From: Callorhinchus milii
Lineage: Eukaryota
Reading direction: 5' to 3'
Length of the DNA stretch: 64,000 nt
NCBI RefSeq assembly: GCF_018977255.1
Contig: NW_024704742.1
Coordinates: forward strand, 42,844,001 to 42,908,000
A program made the translations under genes and the position numbers. The notes beneath the pieces were generated by a model. The model saw nothing but the letters and a program-made list of their open reading frames with translations. It was not told where the DNA came from and did no database searches. Position 1 is the stretch's first letter. The number at the start of each line of letters is the position of its first letter. Shown piece after piece: positions 11,714 through 25,802 of this stretch.

Positions 11714-12942
11714 ACAACAACAACAACTTGCATTTTTATAGCATCCTTCATGCGGGGCAGAGTCTCAGGGTGCTTAACAGTGGTGGAGCCTGACGCCGAT
11801 CCGGAGGGAGGGAGAAGGTGACCATAACCACAGTCAAAGAGGAAGCTCTTCAGTCGGGATCAAAAAGAGGGGAAGGAGGGAACAAGGCCCAGGGATTGGC
11901 GGAAAGAGTTCCAAAGCTTCGGGGCGTGGTGGCTGAAAGTGCAGCCACCGATAGAGCAGAGGAGACAAGGGACAAGCAGGAGGCCAGAGCCAGCCGAGTG
12001 GAGGTAGTGGGTAGCGGAGTGGGTAAAAAGGAGTTCAGAAAAGCATGGAGGAAGGAATTTGTAGATCAGTGAGAGGATCTTGAAATCAATCCGTTCTCTG
12101 ATAGGGAGCCACTGGAGCCTGGCGAGGACTTGGTGTGATGGGGACGGAATTTAGTGTGGGTGAAATCCAGGCGGCAGAGTTCTGAATCAGTTGTAGTTTG
12201 TTGGTGGCGAAGCTGGGGATACTGGTGAGGAGGGTATTGGAGTTGTCGAGGCAGGAGATGTCAAAGATGGATGAGTGTTTCGGCTGCGAAAGGCTGAGTT
12301 ACGGTCGGAGACAAGCGATGTGATGGAACTGGAGGAAAACTGTCTTGGTTAGGGACCAGATGTGGAGTAGGACGGACAAAAGGGGATCAAACATGCCGCC
12401 CAGGTTAAGTACAGGTTCAGTGAATCTTAGGGAAAGGCCAGGGAGGTGAGAAGATTAAAGCTGCAGGAGAGAAGATGTTGAAGGGAGCCAAGGAGTATGG
12501 CTTCACTCTTGTTGAAGTTCAGCTTCAGGAAGTTTGCGCTCATTCAGGCCTTGATGTCTGACATACAAGCTGACAGGACATTAGTGGGCTGTCAGTTGCA
12601 GCTGGTTGAGGAGAAGTAGATGTCGGTGTCATCCATAAACATGTGATAGTTTACCCTATGTCTACGGATCACATCTCGGAGAGGGAGCATGTAAATGAGG
12701 AAAAGGAGAGGGCCAAGGAAGGAGCCTTGGGGTACCCCGCAGGTGACTGTTCAGGGGCGGGGAAAAAAGTTTGTGCAGACAAAGTGATGGCGGTTGGTTA
12801 TGTAGAACTTGAACCATTTGAGTGCAGTCCCACTGAGGTGGAGGATAGAGGAAAGGCAGTGAAGGAGGATAGCGGGATCAACTGTTTCGAATACAACAGA
12901 GAGGTCAAGAAGATAAGGAGGCAGAGGGAACTAATATTGCTC
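11714..12942 (-). mobile_element. Older L2 LINE, RT domain to 3' end
   Basis: Minus strand has GGGGTACCCCAAGGCTCC (GVPQGS) and ATGGATGACACC (degenerate YADD box). (CAA)n tail at 11714. Confidence 0.85.
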
Positions 12943-13529
12943 CATAAAGTACTTGTGACTAATTAATGGACAGTGTAGCAACAACAAAATATTTTTCATA
13001 ACACTTGGTTGACATAAATTTGTGTCAATTGTTAGTATTGTAGGTTTTTTTTATATATAAAAATATTTTCACACTGCATTCAAAAGCATTTTCACTTAAT
13101 AGAATGTCAAAGTGTATTAATTCTTTTGTAACAAATCACACCTAAAATTAAACAATTGAGGCAATAATCTTGGTCTAGACGTAATTTAAATTCAAGTTCT
13201 CGTCTCTCCTTTCTGCACTGCAACTAATTATTAAAGAAATCAACGCTTGAGTGGTCTTTTGCGTTGAATTCGATTCGAGGCATTTGAAGACAGGGAGACT
13301 AAGTAAGCATTCTGCATTGCAATACCTTGAATCAACATTTTCTTTTGTTTAATCTATTCAATTTAATTTAGCAGCAGGTAACCATCATTGATTTTCAACA
13401 TGGCTTCTCATTGAATTTCAATAGAGCTACTAGGGAAATAGCCTGCCACAGTGTGACATGCATGCTGAGGTAATTTCCTCCCCGCAAACACAAATATTCA
13501 CATCTATTTTCAAATGATGGTATTTTTAA

Positions 13530-13760
13530 TTATTTTGTTTGTGGGATGTCACTGTGCACAGTTGGCTGCCTCGTTTCGCCCATAAAGCACACAGTCGCTA
13601 CCCTTTACAGTAGCGCCTTGGGACATCCTCCCGATGTGAAAGGCGCTCTATCAATGTAATTTTGTTGTTGTTGTTGTATATTCTATGAAGCGCTTGGAGA
13701 CATCTCAATGACGTGATGAGGCGCTATATCAAATGTAAGGATTATGATGTAAGGATTATT
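13530..13760 (+). mobile_element. SINE 3' part interrupted by an L2 3' end (13612-13676)
   Basis: The SINE sequence TTTACAGTA|TATTCT is split by GCGCCTTGGGACATCC...(GTT)n. Confidence 0.85.
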
Positions 13761-14104
13761 AATTTTGTAGACTTTTTTGATTTTCTATACTATGACATTT
13801 AACGTATTTTATGCTTTTGTATTCTATGCTATGCACAACACTGCCAATTATCCTAAAGCAGCCTACAATGATTCGTTTTTTAGTGATTAAAGGTAAAGCC
13901 ATTTTTACATTTTGAATTTGTGTCCAGTGTCCAGACTAACATTGGAGACAAGTTGTAATGTAAGCAGCCAATATTCCTGAATTTGGGGAAATGCTATTTG
14001 GAATTGGATCTGCCTTGTTTTACTCTTGATGTGAAGACCCAACTCTGCAGAATCTGCACCAGAGTGATCAGGTCCATTGAACAAGCAAACTGACAAACAA
14101 ATTA

Positions 14105-14895
14105 AATCTGTACAGCACGTTTCATATCGGGAGGCGACCCAAGGAGACAAGGGAGGGAGCGAGGCGAAAGGAATGTGGGATGGAGTTCCAAAGGGTGGAG
14201 GCAGAGAGACTGAAGGCCCGACAGCTGATGGTGGGGCGGGTTGGGCGGGGGACGTCGAGCAAGCGGAGCCAGCTGAGCAGAGGGAGCGGACAGGTTGATA
14301 TGGTGGTAGCAGGTCACAGAGGGAGGAAGGGGCAAGGCTGTGGAGGGCTTTGAAGGCGAGGACGAGCCAGTGGAGCCAGGCAAGGGTGAATGTGATGGGG
14401 TCACGGAGCCTGGTGCGGAAGAGAACATGAGCTGCAGAGTTCTGAATGACCTGCAACTTGTGGAGAGAGGAGTTGGGGAGGCCGACAAGCAGGAAGTTGG
14501 TGTCGTCGAGCCTAGATGCAACAAATGCATGGATGAGGGTCTCAGCGGCCTGAGGGGAGAGGCAGTGGTGGGGCTGGGTGCTGTTGCAGAGGTGGGGGAA
14601 GGCAGAGCACGTCTTGACACAGATGTGGGTTAGAAAGGACAGTTGAGGGTCAAACAAGACGTAAAGGTTCCGGACTGTCTTAGTAAAGTAGAATGTGCAT
14701 CTTTGGATGGCGATTCTGTTAGCGCCTGAGGTGTGGAGGTGCTGACGGGATCCAATCAGGAGGACCTTGGTCTTGTTTACATTCAATTGGAGAAAGTTAG
14801 TGCTCAACCAGGAATTTCATGCAGGGACAGCAGTGATCCTGAAGTCAAGGGTGAAGGTAGAAAGATAGAGTTGGGTGTCATCTGCAGTGAAGTTC
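14105..14895 (-). mobile_element. L2 LINE fragment, C-terminal ORF2
   Basis: ORF 13905-14807 (NFLQLNVNKTKVLLIG, SRLD, LHWL) and ADDTQLYLS in ORF 14817-15035. Confidence 0.9.
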
Positions 14896-17221
14896 CATGC
14901 ATCTGATATAACTGTGTCAGTTTCTGACATTTCCACACTATGAAACATACTCCATATTTTATTTTTGGTATCTCCATGACCCAGATAGTAACAGTGGATC
15001 TGAGGAAAGACTAGCAGGAAAGTTGTCCTGCACACTCATAATGAACTGTTCCATAATGGCTGAGAAATTATAAATTTCATACATAGCGACAATGTTATAG
15101 TGACAAGCTGCGAAATAAAGTGTGTTAGAGTGGGAAATTTACAATAAATATTTAATTAAATTACCCACATGAGAAATGTGAAAACAGGAGAAATTAAATC
15201 CAACAGCAATTCAGTACAGCCTCATGGTTTCACAGACTGTGTGAGAAGTACAGGCTAACGGATTGGGCATACAGCTTTCAGTCCTCTCAGTATCATAAGC
15301 ACGCAGACAGATTTAAGTGCTTCGGTAGGTTTCCAACTCAGCCATTGTTCTCCAATGCCAGCACTGAGTGAAGTTGCATAAGCTCTCTGATCCTGCATGT
15401 TGCATGGGAAGTGGAGAATAAATGATAAAGTGTAATGTATGAATGTTCATCTGCTGTAATTAACCTGCCAAGGAATTCTGTCTCCCACGCTAAAAGTTCT
15501 CTGCTTCTTAGAAGATGATTCAGTCTTTAGTCTATTAAAGACTGGTATCTTATACTGCACTGAGTGAGTGTATTCCTGCAATTACTGAATCGTGAAAGTC
15601 TGTCTGCAGTCAATTAATTAAAGCATGTGATTAAAACAGTAAATTGCGCAATTGCCTCTATCAGGACGACATCTATGATCAGACATATGTTTTTAAAACA
15701 AATTGCTGTGCTGAAGTCAATGAATAAAATGTTACAAGAGATACAGATAACTTTAATTATTTCACGGGGTTAAATTCGAGACAGACGTCATGGGGGTTGT
15801 TGTCTTCTCCAACTTGACTTTAGTACCGTTGCTGATTTACATTTATACAGTGACTTTCACGTACGATGATGTCTAGGAGCGATTCACAATGATGTGGTCA
15901 TATACTAAACAAGGGAGAACAGAAGGTGGAAGGGGGAGGTGACCATTGAGTTGTCAAAGAGGAAAGTTTTTGTCAGGATTTAAACCATAAGGGGGGGAGG
16001 CAAGAGAAAGAGGCAGAGACAGAATTCCCTATAGCAGCTTCTAAAAGACCAAAATAAAATGTAAAAAACTGCATCAACTCACTTTTGCACAATGAAAGGC
16101 TATTCTTCTTGTTATCAACTGCAAGGATTATTATATTATCTTGTGGTAATCACATTGATTGAAATAATTCTGTTACATATAAGAAAATATTTTCACACCA
16201 CATCAGAAGTGTGCAGCACACACAGCAATTCAGTCTTACTGTTGCACATTTCCGATTTAACTCCACTTTTCATGACCTGAGTATAATCGACCTCCCAGAA
16301 TTTAAAACTTCTGCAAAAGCACTGCATCCATGTCAGAAAAGAAAAAACGGGTCAAACTCAAATTTTATGAAAGAAGGCTTATGTATTTTGTATTTTCATG
16401 CTGTATTTTTCATTTTGCAAGAAGTAAAGTATTGAAGTGATACTGGAAAATGAAGACAAATTCCCGATGATGAGATATGTACGATATCAATGTCTCTTAG
16501 GTAGTGCATGTGTATACTAAAACTATGTCCTTGAAGAAACCCACAAAATTCTCCTCAACCTCGATACTAGAAAGCAAGATGGATCTTTCCTGCACAACTC
16601 AATTGTAGAAACAAAAAAGTAGACATTTATCATGTATTGCCACATTAAGGTCAATCTTATGCAGTGGACTTGGGACTAGATTCCTTTTGCACATAACTCT
16701 TCAATGCTTTCATGTATCCTAGATATAACCATCACTCTCCAGAGGTATGACTTCAACTTCTGTTCTACATTATCCCCTTTTATAAAGCTTTGAGAAGCAA
16801 TACTCTGCCAAAATAGCAGGTGTTATTCACCAGTGATACCCATCAATGTTCTAAAAACACATCCATGATACTTTTTGCTTTTTCAGACTGATTCAGGATT
16901 CAGACAATGTTTTTTTTCCCAAATCTGTTGACTGCATCAGACGCTAACAGATATCTAATGGCTCACAAACCAAAACTAGTAAAAATCCTTTTAATGCAGA
17001 AATGTTATTATTGTCATTTAAGCTCCAGGACACTAACCCATGTGAAGTTGTTGCTATCCGTCAACTGATAATGAAGCTCACGCACATATTTCAAAGAGGT
17101 ACCCTTACTGCACCAGTGTAACTTTCTATTTCCCACAGTCAGTCATATAGACTTCTGAGTGAGGTTGTCAATTTAGTTGTGCAATATGGTTAGTTTTGTG
17201 CTTGTGTCCTGTGCCTTGTAA

Positions 17222-17310
17222 TAGTGGTTTTCAACCTTTTGGGGTTCAGGACCCATTTATAAACCTTGATGGCTTGTTGCGAGCCAATAAATAGCTTTAG
17301 TGGAAAAAAA
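17222..17310 (+). mobile_element. hAT-Charlie-like MITE left end
   Basis: TAGTGGTTTTCAACCTTTTGGGGTTCAGGACCC resembles the Charlie-type TIR CAGTGGTTTTCAACCTT. No right end found. Confidence 0.5.
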
Positions 17311-17364
17311 TCGGGTTTACTAAATATTTCTTACCCACAATATACAATATACACATTAACGTGA

Positions 17365-17640
17365 TAATAATAATACTTGTATTTTATATAGCGCCTTATC
17401 ATGTCTTCAAGATGTTTCAAAGCACTTCAAAGAATATGCTATTAAGTGAATTGACTATGTTTTGTGGGCAAAACATGACAGTCAATTGTACACAGCTGTG
17501 TCCCACAAACAGTCATGGATTGAGTGACCAATTTTTTTGAAGGAATTATTACCTCCAGAAAAGCGACCCACTGATCAACTAACAACCTGTTTCCTACTTA
17601 CTACTTACTACTTAGGCGAGAGTGCTACCCTGCGCGAAAC
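17365..17640 (-). mobile_element. SINE long form, 5' part rearranged or lost
   Basis: (AAT)n tail, shared 3' module and the TTCCTACTTAC middle segment. Confidence 0.85.
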
Positions 17641-18300
17641 ATAGTAGACAGTGAGAATGCTACCACTGACAAACATGCACTCTACCAATGTATGACACTA
17701 CTGTACTTTAAAGCACTGCAATCACATTTAATTCATGTTTAACTCATTCACTATTCAAGTAATGTACACAAATCCTAGACATTGACGTTCCATGGAAAAC
17801 CGTTGTATATGGATCTAAAGCTGAAATCACCATGTAACAGAAAACACAAATTACAGTCAAATTTAGATGTTACTCATTCAAACTAACAATGGATTGAAGA
17901 AATTTCTTCATCTTTCAGTACTAAGTGTCACGCTTAAATAACCAATCTCTAATTGTTAAACTGTTCCCTTGAATGGCAGGGAAACAAAAAATCACATAAG
18001 GCATAATCATTTATCTTTTAGATTTAATTTTGAAAATGTTTTAACAGAAATAATTAAAAGGTTTAGAACTTTAGAACAAGTTTAGGGTTTTGAAAAAGAA
18101 GATGTATGCTGGAAACCTAGCATATATTTTAGATAGACATTAGATAGAAAAACGAGGTATAAATAAAATCAGCATTCTGTGAAACAAACAAAAGCTGATT
18201 CTGAATAATGAATAGTTAATAATAATAATAATAGTTCCACAATGAAACCAAAAAACCTAAAATGTACTTAATCAAAGTAGTTTCAGGACTTGAAAACAAT

Positions 18301-18850
18301 GATTAGAAGATTACAAGATTAGTTTGGATGATGAAGGCCCTTTGACCCATCTGATCTCAACTTTCCAGAATAGCCCCTACCATCCTTCCTTCATAATATT
18401 TCTTCATTAAAAATGAGTCTAGTGTCCTGGCTTCAACCACCCTTCGTGGTAATATGTGCCAGTTTTTAATTACCTTCTGGATCAAAAAAAATGGTTCCTG
18501 GTATCCTGACATTTGTACTCCTTTACAACTCTAAAACTTTGTCCTCTTGGTCTATTGTCTTGGTACATCCTGAAGTATTGTTCTGGGTTTAGTTTTGCAA
18601 ACCTTTTTTTAAAATTGTATACGCCTGCATAATGTCTCCTTTGAGTCATTCTCTCTCAAGACATAAGAACCCTAGCTTGTCTAATTGTTGCTCGTTCTTC
18701 TAACACTGGAGATCATCATTGTTGCTGTCCTCTGCACTGTCTCTCTAGCGCCTGAGTAGCCCCTTTGCAATGAATACCATACTCTAGGTGGATCCTGACC
18801 AACACACTATATAGCCTGAGTGCAATATCTGGGAATCTAAACTCAACTGT
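18301..18850 (-). mobile_element. CR1 LINE 3' fragment
   Basis: Minus strand AGGCTATATAGTGTGTTGGTCAGGATCCACCTAGAGTAT (LYSVLVRIHLEY), ACCAAGAGGACA, and a CR1-type 3' end with short tandem tail. Confidence 0.75.
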
Positions 18851-19750
18851 GAAGGTTACACAATTTAATGAAATGTAGTGAGGGACGACAAGGTGAATTA
18901 GACTTCAGTATAATTCTGCGCCCAATCTGATGCAATTAAATGTAGATCATAAGGTGGAAAAAAAGGTATAAATAAAAATAGCATTCTGTGAAATAAACAA
19001 AAGATGATTCTGAACAATACTTGGATTATGTAGATTACTGAGTCAAGTAAGCTGATTACTTGGAAAATTAAAATATAATAATCAACCCATACATAGACTG
19101 GATTCCTGACAGTTTTCTGTAGCATTAGTTAAAGAAATATGTCTGCATTTAATAAGGTTGATCTATGATGAATTTGGGCTCACAGAATATAGTGCTCCAA
19201 AACAGTGTACTCTTGCTTTCTAAAATAGAAAACATGGTAGAAAAATAAGGCAGTCCAAATATGAAAATCGCATTGTAATATTAAAAACCCTTGTTTAAAA
19301 GTAACTGATCTCTTTACCCAAATATTATGGCAAGTTACAAATTTCTTTTCAATAAGTTCAACATGTTCAACATGAGATTTCTGGGATCTGAAATGCTTAA
19401 TATCTATAAGCTTTCTTGTCTTAAAATTTAAGATTATTTGGAATTTTCAAAAACAGTGATGAATTTGATTTGGAAAACCATTTTCTTGAGTATTTGCAAT
19501 GTACAATATAATAATAATAATACTTGAATTTGATACAAAAACTTTTCAAGTCAGGTAGACGCCTCAAAGCACTTCACATGTTTACTAGTTTGACATTGCT
19601 CCACATAGACTCTGTGTATACTGCTGAAAACTGTCTTCCAAATTAAGAGAGGGAAAAGCAATAGATGCACCACAGTTTATTTTCATGATGATGAGCACAA
19701 GTTACACGATTTATGATGCAATGCATTATGTTGCCTTAGCATAAGGCGCT

Positions 19751-20429
19751 AACATCGCCAGACTATGGCACTACCTCACTCCTCACGCTGCTGAAACTCT
19801 GGTCCACGCCTTTATCACCTCAAGGCTGCACTATGGGAACTCTCTCCTCGCCGGCCTTCCCGCCACCTCCCTCCACAAGCTGCAGGTCATTCAGAACTCT
19901 GCAGCTCGTGTACTGTCCCGCACCAGGCTTCGGGACCACATCACTCCCACCCTCGCTCGCCTCCACTGGCTCCCCATCCCCCAGAGGATTGATTTCAAGA
20001 TCCTCATCCTCACCTATAAGGCCATTCACGGCCTTGCTCCCTCCTACCTCTCCGACCTACTATCCCCCTACCTACCTGCCCGTACCCTCCGTTCCTCTGG
20101 CTCTGGTCTGCTCCACGTCCCCCGCCCCAACCGCCCTACCATCGGTGGCCGGGCCTTCAGGCTCTCAGCCCCCAGGCTCCAGAACTCCATCCCCCAGTGC
20201 CTTCGCCGCCTCCTCCGTTTCTTCCATCAAGGCCGGTCTCAAGACCTTTTTGACCGTGCCTTCAGCTCCCCTCTCAACTCTCTACCCTCTCCTCGCTCCC
20301 TCCCTTCCCTCCCCTCACCCTGACCATTTCCCCCCTGCTCGGGTCCCAACTCAACTGTCCAGTGCCTTGGGACGTCCTCCTGATGTGAAAGGCGCTCTAT
20401 AAATGGAATCTTGCCGTTGTTGTTGTTGT
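19751..20429 (+). mobile_element. L2 family A, 5'-truncated
   Basis: Near-identical to 836-1555 and 42551-43242; (GTT)n tail. Confidence 0.95.
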
Positions 20430-21439
20430 AACAGCTTACAATGTATTATTTGTAAGTACTGTATACTGTAATAACAAACATACAAAGCGTCTTAACTTGC
20501 AAGTCATGTTATTGTACTAGTTTTAAATAAGTCTGATTAAAATTTCCAATGGTCGACTATTTAATTTTCTCCTCACAATAGTGAAAAAATGGCATCAACT
20601 CTCATGTTGGTTCACTAAGCTTTATCCATCTCAGCAGCACTTTTTGACTGCTTCTAAGATAAGTGCAAAGGCTGGTTTCTGCACGCAAAAAATAAGTAAA
20701 TTTTTTAAAGCTTTATTTTTAAAATACTCGACCACAAGGATACAACAGAAGGAAAAGACATGCTCTGTATAAGCTGACACTATTCTGTTTAATACAAGAG
20801 GACACAAATGTGATTCACAGTGAAAGGCAGGATTGGGATAAAAAAAAGTTGTTTTCATTTAGTTGTTGATTGAGAAATATACCAGATTTAGTTATTTCAA
20901 TTTTTAACCTGAATATTTCTTGAATGAACATACTCTGAGCAGTTTCCAGTTGACTTGAAAGCAGAGACAGTTCTTGTTGAACCCTTGACTGATGGAAATC
21001 CACATTAATGATTTATCTGAGAAATAGCTCAATATGCAATTTCGCCCAAGGGAGAGTTTGTGCCTACAGACAATTTCAACATAATTGAATGGAAACGTTC
21101 CAGAAAATAATTCATTGAATCTAGCAAAAGTTGTGATCAATATGTCCTAACAATTATTGATTGTAGTCTTTTATGAAGGTATTGTGAAACTAGTTCAGTG
21201 TTGCAGTCCTACATCCATGTTGTCACTAACTGTGGGCTCAATTACTCGATGCTTAAAAACCAATTATCACAGGACATAAGAAATTCTGTTTGGACCCACC
21301 ATCAACGTAGAGTTGAGAAATTAACAACATTTTCACTGCAACTTGAAAATTGAAAGTCACATTGTAGATATTATTTTACAAAATAGATTTATAGCAACAA
21401 AAAATTGCATTTGTACGATACTGTTCACATTGGGAGGAC

Positions 21440-22010
21440 AGGGAAACGGGGCGAGGTGAAGGGACTCTGGCATGAAGCTCCAGCCAATGGGTGCAGAAAG
21501 GCTAAAGGCCTGACAGCCAATGGCGGGGTGAGCAAGAAGGGGTACATGGAGCAGGCCAGTGCCTTCAGAGAGGAGGAATTGGTCTGGTTTTAGAAGGTCA
21601 TATCGATAGAGTGGGGCAAGACCACAAAGGGATTTAAAAGTGAGGTCGAGGATCTTCAACTCACTCCCTTGGGGGATGGGTAGCCAGTGGACATGGGCAA
21701 GGATGGGGGTGATAGACTGTTGGAGCCTCATGCAGGAGAAGGCATGAGTTACATAGTTCAGAATAGTTTGCAGCTTGTAGAGGGAAGGGTTGGGAAGTCC
21801 GATGAGCAGAGAGTTGACGTCCAATGTTGCGGAGGTGGGTAGTATTGCGGAGGCGGGGGAAAGTTCAGCATTCAAGGCACGGATGTGGGGTTTAAAGGGC
21901 AGTTGATAGATGAACATGACAGCGAGATTCCATACTGCTTCCTTAAAGTGGAGTGTGCATCCAATTAGATTGATGCTGTTAGCGCCTGAGGTGAGAAGAC
22001 ACTGACAAGC
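21440..22010 (-). mobile_element. Old L2 fragment
   Basis: ORF 21357-22151 contains LLIGLPNPSLYKLQ, HWLPIPQ and AFSLSAP. Confidence 0.8.
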
Positions 22011-23641
22011 GTGATGTAAAATTGAACCAATCAAACAGTACCACATAACTGCCGCTTCTCTTTCATGAACTTTATTTCTATTCTGTAATTGTTGTGGGCA
22101 AGTAGTATCTTCGATCATGGATTTACTGTAACTAATCCCAAAATGCCACATTATCTCTAATTCTTTTTTTATTGGAGACTAATTAGAATGGCTATAACTT
22201 TATTGAGAAATCAATGAAGGCTACGCAATGACACCAAGTTCATCTAGCCACTAGGTTTTCCACCCGCTGATGAATAAGAAAAAAAGCTACAATGACAATT
22301 CAATCTAGTCTTACCTGCCTCCTGCCTCCCTCAAGCTCACTCATCTGTAGCTATAGACGATGCTGTCAACCAATGTATGCACAGTGACATCATACTGTAT
22401 GGTTACAATGTGCTAATACCTGTCAAGTGTGTCTTGGTTTAATCGATTTTTATGTGAATAAAAGACAAGACACAATACAAAGCCTTGGTGTTGTGCAATA
22501 ATCCACATACCTATCTGTCAGTAGTATTATTAACTCCAACATTGTAATTCATCAGAAAAAAAATCCCTAAAGAACATGGGATGTTAATGTAAAAGAAAGA
22601 TTGACCGGTCAGGTGGAAAGAATGCAAGGCTAACATCCAGAAAGGATTATTAATAATGTCCAGGCTAACGTTGAACAACAGTTCAACATTATCTAAAAAC
22701 ATGGCTGGTCACTTGCTGCAAAAAGCAATGTGATCTATCAAAGTGAGACACTTGCTGATCTTCTGTCTTTTCATGTACCACAGGAATGAGGAACTCATCA
22801 GTTATTGCCAATGGTGTCAAAAGCTTGCTGACAGGTCAGGTAGGTGGTGTTCTGGCTAACAACAAATCATCATGGTGATTAATGACCAAATGGATACTTG
22901 ACCTACATCAGCCTATTCATTCAAGGAAAACAATAAATACCCCCAAAGACTCCAAGGAAATGGAGCAGCTCTTGAGGATAGTCAAAGCAGAATGACCCCT
23001 ACAACCTGATATCAAGATTTAAAAATATTCTGAGCGGATGGAAAATAGCTGAAAGGCAGGCTTGGATATAGGGCCTGCATCTAGTCATAGTGATTACACT
23101 TGATACTTTCTCAAAGAAAAGTCACAAACAGACTCCCATTCTGTAGCGCAGTTAATTACTGTTCTTTCAGGCTCCTCAAGGAAGGGTAGAAACTGCAAAT
23201 ACCATGAAATAGATGGGCAGAAGAAAGTAACTGCAGTTTTCAGTGTTCACTATTTTAACCTATTTACCGGCTTGTGTTGATAATGTTTTTCGATAGCAAC
23301 CATTTTGAATTTCTTACTGAATGATAAGGATTTTATATGCTATTTATGTATTTGAACTGCTGTGCAATCGTTGATAGTTGTAGGCAATGACAAAAATCAC
23401 ATTTACGTAACAGTCTGGCTCTAATTTTGTCACTTAGAATTCCATAGACAATGTAGTCTCAAATTAGACTATAATTACATTACTAAATTCACACAGCAAT
23501 TTTATTGACTCAACCAACTGCTGATGGCCAGTGTTGAAACATGCCTTTTCCGTATCATATTCTTGCAGGAATTATAGTAGATTTCACATTGTTCAATATC
23601 ATTTTCTCTTTGAAAGAGGGTCTCCGGGTACATGGAGTAGA

Positions 23642-23846
23642 AATAATCCCTCCAAAAAAACAAAAAACAATAATAAATTGGTCATTTTCAATCGACGACT
23701 GTTTGTGGGACAATGCTGTGCGCAATTGGCTGCCGGGTTTCGCCGACAAATATACAGTCAATTCACTTTACAGTCTATTCTGTGAAGCGCTTTGAGACAT
23801 CGAGAAGATGTGAAAAGTGCAATATCAAATTCAAGGATTATTATTC
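23642..23846 (+). mobile_element. SINE 3' half
   Basis: AATAATCCCTCC...GCGCAATTGGCTGCC...CAAGGATTATTATT. Confidence 0.88.
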
Positions 23847-24219
23847 TTATTACTATAACTGATACATTCCCAATCTCCGTTGTTGCTGTAATCCAATTTG
23901 CCTGAAGATAAGCACTCTGCTTATTGAACGTGTACTTTATATCTTGATATGTACTATAGCTCAAAATCTGTAATTCCAATTTTGCTAATATACAGCCTGA
24001 TATTTTTGTCTCCAGTTCTCTCTTTATCCGAGTGAATTCACAATATGCAGTAGATTCTATGCTTCTATGAAGTTCAAAGTGCTGAATGCTATCTCTACTA
24101 TAATATTATTCTTTATAGCTCTATGCAGGTTACTTAAATGCTGCCATTAGCAAACTTGGGTGATGACAAAATACATATCATAATACTCGTATTATAGTTC
24201 ACTGCATCTGTGTTATAGT

Positions 24220-24285
24220 TCCAGTGCCTTGGGACATGCTCCCCGACGTGAAAGGCACTCTATAAATGTAATTTTGTTGTTGTTG
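24220..24285 (+). mobile_element. Ultra-short L2 3' end
   Basis: CCAGTGCCTTGGGAC...GACGTGAAAGGCACT...(GTT)n. Confidence 0.8.
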
Positions 24286-25424
24286 CTGTGTATCCAGATC
24301 TATTGAGTCATAAACATGTCCAATGGACTAGTGACGGCTTGTCATAATGTAGAATTAAGGTCAACCAGCTGCAACCAGTAACAATAGTACGCAAGCATTT
24401 TAAATTCTAAATTACAAGACTTTATTCCATGCTTTGAGTCATAATTATAATACGATCAATAGTGCACTAGAAATCACTGGGTAGAAATAATTTAGTATTG
24501 ATTGTGAATAGTAATATTATTACAAAATTACAAATTATTGGATTGGTATTGATTGTAAATAGTAATATTACTACATTCGCCACATATTCTGCACAAGAAC
24601 GTAAACGCATCAAAAGAAAAAAAAACTGGGATTGAAGCACAGTAATTTAATGGTAACACATGAATTATGAATCATGTACAACAATCGCACTGGCTTGCTT
24701 ACTCAAGTGCTGAAAACTGACCGCATGATATTAATTCATGCCATTAAGTAAAACTGCCATTACTTTATCATTTCATGGTACATTTTTCTGTCTCTTTAAT
24801 TGTCTACATTAATGAAAATTTTATCAGTGTTACTGCACATGTACAAACCAATTTCATCAAATTATATTCCTCCAACAACTTTGCAGAAAGTGAAATTAAG
24901 CTTCCAAATTAGCTTGGATTTTTACATTGGTCACTGGTGATATTCACAGCATTACCACTGGCAATGTTGTAACTGTTCACCTGGAAGTAAAAATGAGAGA
25001 AAATAATCAGATATAGTGGTTGACTGGAGCAAGACAATGGTAGTGCAAACCACTATGTCCTCTGTCTTCTAATGCAACAATGTGAGTGGCATTATAACTC
25101 CAGTTTTATTCACATAATAGTAATTGAGATATACCCTTGGCAATCGAAACATGAAAGCAACTACAATCAGCACAGAATTTCAGCCCATTAGTTTGAGATT
25201 GAAGTAAACTTGAATCCAGAATTGAAAAAGAATAGATTATAGTTACCTGAAACATTGCTTCTTAAAATTTCTTGGGAACATTTCTGTATAAATCAGAAGC
25301 TTCCCAGTCACCAATAACTCATAGAGCAGTTCCACTTATTGCAAGGATGGGTAAGAAGATCCGTCATTTGAGGCTGACCCAAATATTGATTAAAAGCAAC
25401 CCAACATCTCCTTAATAGACCTCA

Positions 25425-25740
25425 ATATACAACAAAAAATTTACATCTATATAGTGTCTTTTATGATGGAAGGACAAAGTGCTTCACAGAGCTGACTGCG
25501 AGCATGAGCAGGGGGCAGCTAAGGAAAGTGTGTGTGTGAGTGTGTGTGCATGGGGTGGGGGGGAGGTTCAGGTATGGAAGAAGTGATCGAAAGTGCAGTC
25601 AAAAAGAAAGGGTCTTCAGGTGGGTTTTAAAGGTAGGGACTGAGGTGGCAAGTTGGAGGGACTCTAGGGATTGAGTTCCAGAAAGCAGGGAAGAATATCT
25701 GCGTTCACCCATCAATGGTGGGTCAGGTCAGATGGGGGAC
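25425..25740 (-). mobile_element. Old L2 3' fragment
   Basis: Degenerate tail and stem-loop near 25430-25490; L2-like GAGTTCCAGA and ATGGTGGG segments. Confidence 0.55.
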
Positions 25741-25802
25741 TACCAATATGATACATCACCTCTATGATGCTTCATACACCATCCTCCACAATTCTGAGAG
25801 AG

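Noticed and set aside
20909..21016. 108-nt AG...GT bounded minus-strand segment with a coiled-coil-looking frame (QSRVQQELSLLSSQLE)
   Set aside because: That frame has a stop right after the acceptor, the open frame resembles nothing I know, and the donor GTTAAA is weak.
22700..22800. KSNVIYQ resembling a Penelope GIY-YIG endonuclease motif
   Set aside because: The downstream C..C..YIG motif is absent.
24495..24575. Small local duplications (30 bp here; 22-bp tandem at 51363-51406; (TTATTC)n near 46875)
   Set aside because: Ordinary slippage products with no further structure.
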